From Hadesarchaea archaeon (GTDB lineage: Archaea; Hadarchaeota; Hadarchaeia; Hadarchaeales; WYZ-LMO6), in contig JAPDJF010000001.1 in NCBI GenBank assembly GCA_029259185.1, forward strand, positions 32,001-96,000: 64,000 bases of DNA. The letters are read 5' to 3'. The notes beneath the pieces were generated by a model, which was not told where the DNA came from, ran no database searches, and worked only from the letters and a program-made list of their open reading frames with translations. The position numbers and the translations under genes are program-made. Shown here in pieces: positions 28,195 through 36,798 of this stretch (its first letter is position 1; every line of letters begins with the position of its first letter).

Positions 28195-29589
28195 ATGCTT
28201 GCAGGAATAAAAAAGGCGGCCGAAATCATAAGGAAGCACAGGGGCGACTTGGTTGAGATCATTTCACACATGGACGCGGATGGTGTTTGTGCAGCGGCTA
28301 TAATGTCTAGGGCCTTGGATAGGGAGAACGTGGAGCACAGGGTCAAGTTCGTCCGCATGCTCTACAGGGATGTGGTTGAGAAGCTGGATCCTGCTCCACT
28401 CACGATATTCACAGACCTTGGAAGTTCCCAGCTTGAAAATCTTCGGCAAAGCTATCGTTCAGCTCGGGTGATAATCTGTGACCACCACCCCCCACAGCGG
28501 GTGGATGGGTTGGAGGGTCTGGTTCACCTCAACGCTTACGAGATGGGAATGGACGGGCTCAAAGAGATAAGTGGGGCTGGTATGGCGTTTCTGCTAGCTA
28601 GGGAACTCAATCGAAAGAACTCAGACCTCTCCGCGTTGGCAGTGATCGGGGCGATCGGAGATATCCAGAACGCATGGGGGAAGCTCTCGGGTAGTAACCG
28701 GGAGATCCTGAATGAAGGAATGAGGGCAAAAGTGCTCGATCGGAGAATAGATCTGCAGCTATACGGGAGATATACCAAACCTCTATTCCAGAGCTTAGAG
28801 AGTTTCTCGGATCCACCAATTGAGGGCGTGACCAATTCTAGTGCTGGTTGTATGGAGTTGATCCGCTCGCTCGGAATACCTGTGAAAGGGGAAAATGGAT
28901 GGAGACGGTTGGCGGATCTCAGTGAGCACGAGAGACGTATGTTGGCAACTGAGCTCATATCACGTGCTCTCTCCAGCGTTCCGGAGGAATTCATCCCATA
29001 CGTTCCGAATCTGATAGTTGGGGAGTGCTATACGATCCTCGGTGAGGATGAGAACTCGGAACTGAGAGACGCTGGGGAGTTCGCTACGTGTCTGAACTCC
29101 ACCGCTAGACACGAGCAACCACTGATAGGGCTTGAGGTCGCGAAGGGAGATAGGGGTGCATATTACCGCGCTATGCTTAACCTCCTACACCACCACCGGC
29201 GCGCTATAGCGAGGGGGATGGAATTCATAGAAACCGAAGGATTGAAGGTTGGCGATGGCGGCTACCTCCAATACTTCGACGCGACGGGTGTGGTGAAAGA
29301 GACATTCGTGGGGACTCTCGCCAGTCTTTCCCTCGGCTCCCGAGTGGCGGATCCATACAAGCCTGTCGTTGGGACAGTCCGGGAAGGGGGTATGGCGAAG
29401 GTCTCAGCGAGGTGCTCAAAACTTCTCTTTTTGAGGGGGCTGGATCTGGCCGCCGCTATCAAGGAGGCTGCGGAGGAGGTTGGTGGGGAAGGGGGAGGGC
29501 ACCCCATCGCTTCGGGTGCGCAGGTCGAGGAGGAGAGAATATCCGAGTTCCTCCACAGCCTTGAGCAGAACATACTGCGGCAACTCTGA
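28195..29589 (+). CDS. DHH/DHHA1 phosphoesterase, RecJ/Cdc45(GAN)-like
   Basis: H.DADG, DLG, DHH, GD.Q and GGGH motifs. Confidence 0.9.
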   Translation: MLAGIKKAAEIIRKHRGDLVEIISHMDADGVCAAAIMSRALDRENVEHRVKFVRMLYRDVVEKLDPAPLTIFTDLGSSQLENLRQSYRSARVIICDHHPPQRVDGLEGLVHLNAYEMGMDGLKEISGAGMAFLLARELNRKNSDLSALAVIGAIGDIQNAWGKLSGSNREILNEGMRAKVLDRRIDLQLYGRYTKPLFQSLESFSDPPIEGVTNSSAGCMELIRSLGIPVKGENGWRRLADLSEHERRMLATELISRALSSVPEEFIPYVPNLIVGECYTILGEDENSELRDAGEFATCLNSTARHEQPLIGLEVAKGDRGAYYRAMLNLLHHHRRAIARGMEFIETEGLKVGDGGYLQYFDATGVVKETFVGTLASLSLGSRVADPYKPVVGTVREGGMAKVSARCSKLLFLRGLDLAAAIKEAAEEVGGEGGGHPIASGAQVEEERISEFLHSLEQNILRQL

Positions 29590-29618
29590 GTTTTCCGTGT
29601 ACTTTGAGGCCTCTTTCT

Positions 29619-29913
29619 TGACCACCGCAAGGAGACCCCATCCGAAAGGGCGGGGAGGGATTGTGACCATTGCCGGCAGGACTTTCGGGCGCGGTCACTC
29701 CACCGTGGGTGCTCACGGTAGCACCCCCGGCGGTTCGGATATACCGAGCCGCCTCAGTCAGGTTCCGACCAGCTTTGCGGCTTTCGCCCGATGCACTTCT
29801 ATTTCGGAGAGTTGACCGCCAAGCGCGTTTGACGCCTGCTGGGTGGCGTTCTCCGAAGCCCACGCCCCATACGAAAGAGGCGTGTTGATCTCCTTCGGAA
29901 CCTAACCGGCCAT
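29619..29913 (-). ncRNA. Unannotated highly structured RNA candidate, about 295 nt
   Basis: 14-bp helix 29895-29908/29755-29768 with two G-U pairs only on the minus strand, at least seven further stems, potential pseudoknots, and TATATTTA at 29939-29932. Confidence 0.7.
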
Positions 29914-29947
29914 TGGTTTGTTGTTTCTCCGTAAATATACCGCCTCG

Positions 29948-31711
29948 CTAACCCCTCCCTTTCGGAAAGGGACTGCGTTCTGCATTGAGTTCACCTCCTT
30001 TTCGCCCGTGCTGGGTGCGGTACATCTGCATGATCTCTTCGATGGTGGTTGCCTCCTCGGGCCTGCGATCTTCCCTTATCCGAATGAACCTCGGGAACCT
30101 TAGCCCTACACCTCCAGTGTGCTTTTCGGGTGGACTCAGCTGGATTTCTTCAAACGCTACTTCAAAAATTACCTCGGGTTTGAAGTAAGCGTCGCACTCT
30201 ATTTCGATGTCCACCTCATCCGAGGGCTTCTCGAGCTTGATACGGTTAAAGAACTCAGTGAGTTCTTTTAGATCTTTGTCCGTGTATCCACTACCACATC
30301 GAGTAACAGTCTTATATCTCCCGGTTTTTTCATCTCTGGCTGCGAGTACATAGCTTCCGAAGGTTCCAGCCCTTTTTCCTTTTCCATAATGTGCTCCCAC
30401 GACCACAAGGTCGACCGTGTCTACTTCGGGCTTAAGTTTGAGCCAGAGAAACTCCCTCCTCCCAGCTCGATACGGAGATTCTAGATCTTTCGCAACGAGT
30501 CCCTCATGGCCGAGGCTGAGGGAGTGCTTTAGGAACTTCAGGATGTCTTCCTTCTTCCCGGTTACTATTTTTTCCACTATCATGACCTTGCCGGGAACGG
30601 ATGTAACGATCTGTTCGAGGATCTCTCTCCTCTCCTTGTAGGGCTTGTCGATAACACTTCTCCCCTCGACCATCAACACGTCGAATAGATATATCTCGAT
30701 CGGAATTTGTTCAGCGGCTTTCTCTATTCCATACTTCCTTCTTCGCTTTAGCACTTCTTGGAATGGCATGGGTTTCTGGCGATCTTTGTCCATTGCGACA
30801 AGTTCTCCGTCGACTATCACCCTTTTTGGATTCAGGGCCTTACGTATTGGATCCACGAGGTCTGGAAACATGGAGGTGTAGTCCTCCATCCTCCGAGTGA
30901 AGAGGGTGATCTTATCCTCGTTTTTGTGGGTCTGAATTCTTATCCCATCCAGCTTTATCTCGAAAGCCGCTTTTCCCCCCATTCGCTCTAGGATCTCGTC
31001 CACACTCTCCGCTCGTTGGGCTAGCATAGGACTCACGGGGTGTCCGAGAGTGACGCCTAGCTTCCTCAGAGTTCCCACCCCTTGCGCCGCCGCTTTCGCT
31101 ACGATCGCATAGTCGGTGGTGAGCATGTAGGCATGTTCTACGATTTCGGGGGGCAAGTTGAAGGTTGCCGCTATAGCGTCCCTCATTCTCCCCTCGGCCA
31201 CCCCTATCCTGAGATCCCCCAGCACGGTTCTAACGATGAACTTTGCCTCGATGGGGGTGGCGCTCGTCAGGAGTTCTGAAATGAGTGCGATCTTCCGGTC
31301 CACCGATCCCTCCCCTGTTACATCGGGGAGAGATTTCACTCTATCGAATACTTTTTCTACCGTGAGCGGTTCTGAAAAGAGAACGACCTGTTTCCTCCTT
31401 TCGGCTAGGAGCTTAGCGACCTCTCCCAGATCCCCGATACGGGCCATCAAGTTTTCTATCTCTTTTAGTGAGTGACCGGAGGCTGTGCTGATAGCCTTTT
31501 TCATTTGTTGGATTCCCACCCCAGTTTCCTTCGAGACATAAGTTGGCCACGGTCTTCCGAGGAGAAGGTAGACCACACGATCCATTTCTTCCACCGCCGT
31601 CCGTTTCAGGAGATCCACGATTATGGCATTTTTCTCCAAGTAACCCGATGCCTGCTCCAATTTCTCCAGTGCTTCGGCTAAAACTCTGTAGAGCATTCGC
31701 CCCACTCCCAA
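29948..31711 (-). CDS. lig: ATP-dependent DNA ligase
   Basis: EIKLDGIR, DGEL, FDVL, EGLVAK, WLKLK and LRFPRF motifs. Confidence 0.98.
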   Translation of the reverse strand: MGVGRMLYRVLAEALEKLEQASGYLEKNAIIVDLLKRTAVEEMDRVVYLLLGRPWPTYVSKETGVGIQQMKKAISTASGHSLKEIENLMARIGDLGEVAKLLAERRKQVVLFSEPLTVEKVFDRVKSLPDVTGEGSVDRKIALISELLTSATPIEAKFIVRTVLGDLRIGVAEGRMRDAIAATFNLPPEIVEHAYMLTTDYAIVAKAAAQGVGTLRKLGVTLGHPVSPMLAQRAESVDEILERMGGKAAFEIKLDGIRIQTHKNEDKITLFTRRMEDYTSMFPDLVDPIRKALNPKRVIVDGELVAMDKDRQKPMPFQEVLKRRRKYGIEKAAEQIPIEIYLFDVLMVEGRSVIDKPYKERREILEQIVTSVPGKVMIVEKIVTGKKEDILKFLKHSLSLGHEGLVAKDLESPYRAGRREFLWLKLKPEVDTVDLVVVGAHYGKGKRAGTFGSYVLAARDEKTGRYKTVTRCGSGYTDKDLKELTEFFNRIKLEKPSDEVDIEIECDAYFKPEVIFEVAFEEIQLSPPEKHTGGVGLRFPRFIRIREDRRPEEATTIEEIMQMYRTQHGRKGGELNAERSPFPKGRG

Positions 31712-31804
31712 CTAAGTATCGCCCTCTAACTATTTTCACTTTCCCGAGCCGTAACATCCGGAAAGCATATTAACGTAGCTATCTTAAAGAGAGTAGGGCT
31801 GGGG

Positions 31805-32674
31805 GTGGGGGGAAGGGAGAAAAGGATGAGACCCCCTAAGGCCCTCTTGGAAAGCGCATTGGACTTGGCGTCCAAGGTTAAGGCGAAAGCTTTGCTAGTG
31901 TTAGCTTCGACTGAGCAAGACTTGGTTCCTCTTCTTTCAGAAAATGGATTAAAGCTTGTGGTTGCGACGACAGACGACCACCTCTACCGAGAATTGAAAA
32001 AGGTCGTTGACGGTGGGGCACTTAAGCTCACGTTTTTGCCCCGGGGACGGGAGAAGAAGATCGTACACGCGGTTTCGTGCGGGCTGAGCGAAGGGTTGTT
32101 TTCAGAGGGGGATCGGCTGGTGTGTTTGGTTGGGGAGGGTTCCATCTCCTTTGATTCCATCTTCGTCCATGAAGTCTCAGGCGGGGAGTCAGTGTTTTCC
32201 CTTATTGAATCCCACCCAGTTCACAGGTCGATCGTGGAGCTGGCATTAGAACTCGGACACCCGAGGGCAGGAGGTCCGGTTGGATCAGCTTTCCTCGTGG
32301 GTGATGAAAGGGCCGTGATGAAAAATTCGCGTCAGCTTATGCCCAATCCGTTCAAAGGTCACAGAATAAGTGTTGTTGATAGGAAGAACTGGGATCTGTT
32401 GAGACGATACGCAACCTTCGATGGAGCGTTCGTGGTGAGGGAGGACGGGCGCGTGTTGGCTGCGATGAGATATCTGGAAGCGAGAGCAGATGTAGGTATC
32501 CCAGTGGGGCTGGGGACGCGTCACCGTGCCGTGGCGGCTGCGACATCGGTCACCAGAGCTATGGGGGTTACGGTTTCTGGTCAGGACGGAGTGGTCAGAG
32601 TGTTTAAAGGAGGTGCGTTGGTGGCATGGATTCACCCTCTCACCCGAAGGTTGGAATCTCTGGAGAAGACTTAA
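31805..32674 (+). CDS. dacZ: Diadenylate cyclase, DacZ-type (PK_C-like + DAC)
   Basis: Intact DGA and GLGTRHRA catalytic motifs with an N-terminal alpha/beta domain. Confidence 0.88.
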   Translation: MGGREKRMRPPKALLESALDLASKVKAKALLVLASTEQDLVPLLSENGLKLVVATTDDHLYRELKKVVDGGALKLTFLPRGREKKIVHAVSCGLSEGLFSEGDRLVCLVGEGSISFDSIFVHEVSGGESVFSLIESHPVHRSIVELALELGHPRAGGPVGSAFLVGDERAVMKNSRQLMPNPFKGHRISVVDRKNWDLLRRYATFDGAFVVREDGRVLAAMRYLEARADVGIPVGLGTRHRAVAAATSVTRAMGVTVSGQDGVVRVFKGGALVAWIHPLTRRLESLEKT

Positions 32675-32750
32675 GGTTCGGCTTGCTTAAGAGTTCAGGA
32701 ACGGTATTGGCTAGGGGCACATTTTTAGTGGAGTATTCATATCAAGACCG

Positions 32751-33539
32751 ATGGGATTCCATCTCGTGGACAAGAAGACAAGAGTGAACTCTGGGAGAAA
32801 CCGGCCCCAATTTTTCGTTTTAGTGTGTGTCTTGGCACTTGTTTTGGTTTTTATGGGTCTCATTTTGAGGGTCTTCCATCAAGGGCCCCTGATCGGAGTA
32901 GGGGAAGAAATGGTTTATGGGGTATATGTGGGTGGCAACAGGGCCGGCACGATGACGTTCTGGGTGGAGGGAACTGAGAGTTTCGATGGTGTAGCTTGTT
33001 ATGTGGGAAGATATTCGATGATGGTTGGAGATACCGTTCAAGCTGGGAGGATGGTGTTTGATAAACAGGGCAGACTCAGGCATGCAAAAATCGCTTTGGT
33101 GGAGAATCGGAGCCTGAAATGGTCTACGGAGATCGGTTACTCGCGGGCGGTCGGGGTGATGCGGATCATCTTCGAAGACAATCGGAACCCTGAAAATTAT
33201 TCTGTGACAGATAACGCGGTGCTGATGCCCGGGGAGACGGTGCTCCCCGCCTACCTCTGGTATCGGTTACGCATGGAAAATTTGGGTCTCGGCTACCAGC
33301 TGGAGTTCTACATAAATGTTCTCCCCCAAGCCACCACACTTGTACCGGCTAGAGTAGCAGTGCGGGGAGAAGAGAGGGTCGACACCCCAATCGGTCGGTT
33401 TGATTGTTGGGTAATCAAAGGAGAGAATACAACGAGTGGATTTTGGATCACGAAAGATAGGCGTTTGGTGGTGAAGGCGGTGGAAGAGGCGGAGGGGGTG
33501 AGCTGGCTATACGTACTTGAAAAACATCGGTTGGATTAA
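32751..33539 (+). CDS. Membrane-anchored beta-rich protein (DUF3108-like)
   Basis: N-terminal TM segment; GEE.V.TP.G.F.CW...W.T motif. Confidence 0.65.
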   Translation: MGFHLVDKKTRVNSGRNRPQFFVLVCVLALVLVFMGLILRVFHQGPLIGVGEEMVYGVYVGGNRAGTMTFWVEGTESFDGVACYVGRYSMMVGDTVQAGRMVFDKQGRLRHAKIALVENRSLKWSTEIGYSRAVGVMRIIFEDNRNPENYSVTDNAVLMPGETVLPAYLWYRLRMENLGLGYQLEFYINVLPQATTLVPARVAVRGEERVDTPIGRFDCWVIKGENTTSGFWITKDRRLVVKAVEEAEGVSWLYVLEKHRLD

Positions 33540-33577
33540 ATATCAAAAAAAAGAAGAAATTAGCTCCCGGCGGCGGA

Positions 33578-34558
33578 TCAGGTCGCTATCCAGTAGAAGT
33601 CCACAGATATCCGCCAATTCTCCACCGTACTGTTGTATCTCAGCACAACCGTGAAATTCTCCTGTGTCACGTTGCTCACCATTAGAACTATCCAGTTCTC
33701 CACGTTTTCCGAGGTAATTCTAATGGGTGTGACGACTACAGAGGGTGATGTACCGAAATTATCTAGGAACGGGATGGTCTTGGTATTTTCATGTAATCCT
33801 ACAGAATCACCCACTACATTGTCACTAGTGATTGAGTTCTCGCCAGCCTCAACGTGTCGGGCAACGGTTGGAGGTCCTATCGTTCCCGTTATGTACAGGT
33901 TTTCGACTTGGAGGTTATCCAGAACTTTTATGTTGTCTGCATTGGGATATGCGGCGATATTTTCTACATACAATGTTGATGCTAGTGACGAGTCTCCGCT
34001 GACCGAGAGGGAAGATAGCGTAGTTCCACCAGCGCTCAGCGTCCCACTTATCGTAACGTTGCCAGTAACAGAGGCGTTCCCTCCGATGCTCAGGTTGTCA
34101 CCGATCGTTATATTGTCGTTGGCCGTGAGGTTGGTCACGGTGATATCATCGGCCAGTTGTGTGCTAGTTACCGAGTTTGCTGCGAGTTTACTTCCGGAGA
34201 TATTGGCATTTGCCGCAATGTCAGCGTTCACGATTGTTCCGTCGAGAATTTTTTCTGAAGTGATCGCGCCAGCTGCTATATCTGCGGCCACGATCGTTCC
34301 ATTAACTATCTTGCCACTGGTGATGGATTCGTCCGCGATTTTTGCAGTCGTCACGGCCGAATCAGCGATTTTTGCAGTCGTCACAGCACCGTTCGCCAAG
34401 TGGACGGTCTCTACTGCGCCGGCCCCTATCCCTTCCGTTGATTCCAAGTAAGTCACTCTACTCTCGAGAGATGACAATTGCTGGTAGGTGGCGACTCCGA
34501 GGGCTGCTATGGCGAGCACTATCGCAACCGAGAGGACTACTATTCTGGGTATTTCCAT
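33578..34558 (-). CDS. Membrane-anchored fibre/adhesin-like protein
   Basis: N-terminal TM, LESRVTYLE coil, about eight 10-aa VTxxKIAxxA repeats, C-terminal F...P.VVVT lectin-like domain. Confidence 0.75.
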   Translation of the reverse strand: MEIPRIVVLSVAIVLAIAALGVATYQQLSSLESRVTYLESTEGIGAGAVETVHLANGAVTTAKIADSAVTTAKIADESITSGKIVNGTIVAADIAAGAITSEKILDGTIVNADIAANANISGSKLAANSVTSTQLADDITVTNLTANDNITIGDNLSIGGNASVTGNVTISGTLSAGGTTLSSLSVSGDSSLASTLYVENIAAYPNADNIKVLDNLQVENLYITGTIGPPTVARHVEAGENSITSDNVVGDSVGLHENTKTIPFLDNFGTSPSVVVTPIRITSENVENWIVLMVSNVTQENFTVVLRYNSTVENWRISVDFYWIAT

Positions 34559-34713
34559 TTCATTCCTACCTCCACTTTTGTTGGGTATTTCTATAGCGCC
34601 CCTCCTCGGCGCTTCTCCGTTTCAAACAAGGGGGTTAGAGGCACGATTTAAAACTTTTCATTAGTTTTTTAAAAAGAACAAAAATTTTTTAAAGAAAACG
34701 ATGGAGGGATTGT

Positions 34714-35274
34714 GTGGATCTGTTCAAAAAATATGCGGATTTTTTGCTGCTGAGTTTTTTCCTCCAAAATCCAACGGGCCAGTTCTATGTAAGAGAACTG
34801 GCTGAGAAGTTAGGGCTCAGTCCCTCTAAGGTGAGTGTGGCTTCCAGAGCACTCGAACTTCAAGGGATATTGAAAAGTGAAGAAAGAGGATTGGCCAAAT
34901 TTTACAGACTCAACAATGACGTTCCGTTGGTGAAGGCTTTTAAGGTCGTTCACAGTTTAGCGAAACTCAGCGAAGCTAAGCTCGTCGAAAAACTCTTAGA
35001 AAGAGATCCGTCCATAATCTCGATCGCGGTTTATGGAAGCTATGCATCTGGAACGAACGATGAGAAAAGTGCCATCAAGCTCTTGGTGATCAGTCAGAAA
35101 GAAAAAGAAGTGTTTCTAGAGGTATTGAGGAGCATCGAGGAACGTCATGGGATCCGGCTTGATCTGGAAGTACTCAAGCTCGGGGAGTGGAGAGATCGGG
35201 TGAAAAAAAGTGATTCCCTCTATCGAGAAGTTCTTTCCGCCCACATCTTGCTCTTCGGTTCGAACCTCATCTGA
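34714..35274 (+). CDS. wHTH-MNT (minimal nucleotidyltransferase) protein, probably inactive
   Basis: VRELAEKLG HTH; YGSYA.G followed by SAIK where SDID is expected. Confidence 0.85.
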   Translation: MDLFKKYADFLLLSFFLQNPTGQFYVRELAEKLGLSPSKVSVASRALELQGILKSEERGLAKFYRLNNDVPLVKAFKVVHSLAKLSEAKLVEKLLERDPSIISIAVYGSYASGTNDEKSAIKLLVISQKEKEVFLEVLRSIEERHGIRLDLEVLKLGEWRDRVKKSDSLYREVLSAHILLFGSNLI

Positions 35275-35343
35275 TTGAACTACCTTTTGGAAGAAAATGA
35301 TTTCGAGAACCCACAAAGCATCAGCTTTGTCGGAGTTCAGAGC

Positions 35344-35412
35344 GGAGCCGTGGGGGTGGGGTTAAGAAAATTGAAAATTCTTAATGTGTTTTTGGGTGAC
35401 CCACACGGCTCC
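35344..35412. repeat. Long imperfect inverted repeat between convergent genes
   Basis: GGAGCCGTG/CACGGCTCC outer arms and TTAAGAA/TTCTTAA inner arms. Confidence 0.55.
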
Positions 35413-35485
35413 AAACTCGATTTTAAACTTTGGATTATATTAATGCTACGGGGAGAGGGCTTCCCCACGAAAAAGGCGGGGATTC

Positions 35486-35896
35486 TCATCCTTTGGATAG
35501 TTCCTTCTCTATGGCCTTTATGAATTCCTTAGCAGAATCCATTGCTCCTTTAGCATCGCTTCGTTTGACAGATAATGTGGGGTCACTATAGATGGCTGAG
35601 ACGAATCGATTGAACTGATCTAAAGAGGTCACGTGCTCTCTCAGCTCAGGGTATCGACACCGAAGATACTCGATCATCGTTTGTCTTTCAACCTCGCTCA
35701 CCCCATTTCTGAAGAGGAGAGCCCTAGCGGCATGAAACATGGAGATGAGCGAGGCCACCACGGCCATGTCCCGGTATCCTAGAGCATTGCTATCTTTCGC
35801 CCGCTTTAACCATTCTTTTGCAACTTTCAGGGATCTCATACTCATGTTCAACGGCAAAACCAATTTGAATTGCGTCTCAAAATTTAAAAATTTCAA
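35486..35896 (-). CDS. HEPN-domain protein (start likely near 35845)
   Basis: A...L.RA...SMFHAARALL...G pattern and A..A...A.EF C-terminus. Confidence 0.8.
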   Translation of the reverse strand: MKFLNFETQFKLVLPLNMSMRSLKVAKEWLKRAKDSNALGYRDMAVVASLISMFHAARALLFRNGVSEVERQTMIEYLRCRYPELREHVTSLDQFNRFVSAIYSDPTLSVKRSDAKGAMDSAKEFIKAIEKELSKG

Positions 35897-35904
35897 ACTT
35901 TGGC

Positions 35905-36339
35905 GCTTTGCACAAAAATACCGGAAAACTTAAAATGGTTCCGACAGACCACGTTCGATGTTGGCCTCCAAGACGATAAGAGCTGAACTCTACGGCCTCA
36001 CCCGGTTCAAGCGCAAGCTTCTGGAGGACCTCCAAGCCGAGTGGGATCGCGCCCAGGCCCTTGAGAGGGACTACCGGACTCTGAGAGAGCAAACGAGGCA
36101 TCCACCAGCCGAACGTGCCACCGCTGCGGAAACGAAGGACGAAGGGTCTCTCAAGGCTTCTTCAAATGCTCGTCGTGTGGGCTGGAGTACAACGCCGACC
36201 TCAACGGAGCCATAAATATTGGAGAGGGGTTCTTGGGCCACTGGCTCAGGGACGGGGGCGTGGGGCTTTCGCCCCTTTAGGGGATCCCGAGCCTCCAAGC
36301 ACAAAAATTGGCCTCAGGGCTGATTTTTTTGTGCAGAGC
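35905..36339 (+). mobile_element. Internally deleted copy of the TIR-TnpB element (435 bp)
   Basis: Same TIR ends; CAAACTTTGG on both flanks (35894-35903, 36340-36349); deletion joint at CGAGGC microhomology. Confidence 0.92.
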
Positions 36340-36347
36340 CAAACTTT

Positions 36348-36698
36348 GGTTCCGTAAAAGTTTTTGAGGTAATCTCATTAATCTCGCTGGTCAAGGCAGG
36401 TGGGTGCGACAAAATCCCATGAGGTGATGTGAATGAGCCCCAGAACAAACCCAAATGCCCGCCCCTGCGGAGCAGGGTTCTTGGAAGGTCGGCTTAAGCC
36501 AAAGCAAGAGGCGAGTCTACAAGTGTAGTTCTTGTAGAAAGAGGTTCAATGAGCGGGTGGGAACGCCGTTCCATGGACTGCACTTCCCAGAGGGGGGCCG
36601 GGTATTTCACGTAACAGGTGCGCCCCATCAGGGGCTGTCGAGTTACGATGTGGGTGCACTGTGACCTGAAATTTTGCTCCAAGCTTTTTTACGGAACC
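36348..36698 (+). mobile_element. IS6-like internally deleted element (351 bp)
   Basis: 12-bp TIR GGTTCCGTAAAA; 8-bp TSD CAAACTTT (36340-36347, 36699-36706); transposase remnants YKCSSCRKRFNERVGTPF and PHQGL. Confidence 0.82.
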
Positions 36699-36798
36699 CA
36701 AACTTTGGGATAATCCCAAAGTTTGGAGAAGCCCCCCAAACTCTGGAGAAAGAGGAAAGAAAATGGGAAAAAAAGAAGAAAAAAATTCGTTTTCTTTT

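Noticed and set aside
27369-28256. Long antisense ORFs (also 33633-34451, 40102-40941, 50492-51133, 19002-19604)
   Set aside because: They are shadows of well-supported genes on the opposite strand and have no motifs.
29609-29913. SRP (7S) RNA or RNase P RNA
   Set aside because: No CAGG-nnn-GGAA-nnn-AGCA helix 8 or Alu UGUA motif. GAAAGUCC occurs only near the 3' end without GAG context, and there is no ACAnAA...GGCUUA. A highly diverged form is not fully excluded.
35275-35523. 82-aa ORF as the HEPN partner of the MNT
   Set aside because: No HEPN features; it runs through an inverted repeat, and the HEPN gene is on the opposite strand.
36348-36698. IS6-like element as the proven mobiliser of the TnpB units
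   Set aside because: Different TIR sequence and TSD length (8 versus 10-11 bp), and it is itself defective.
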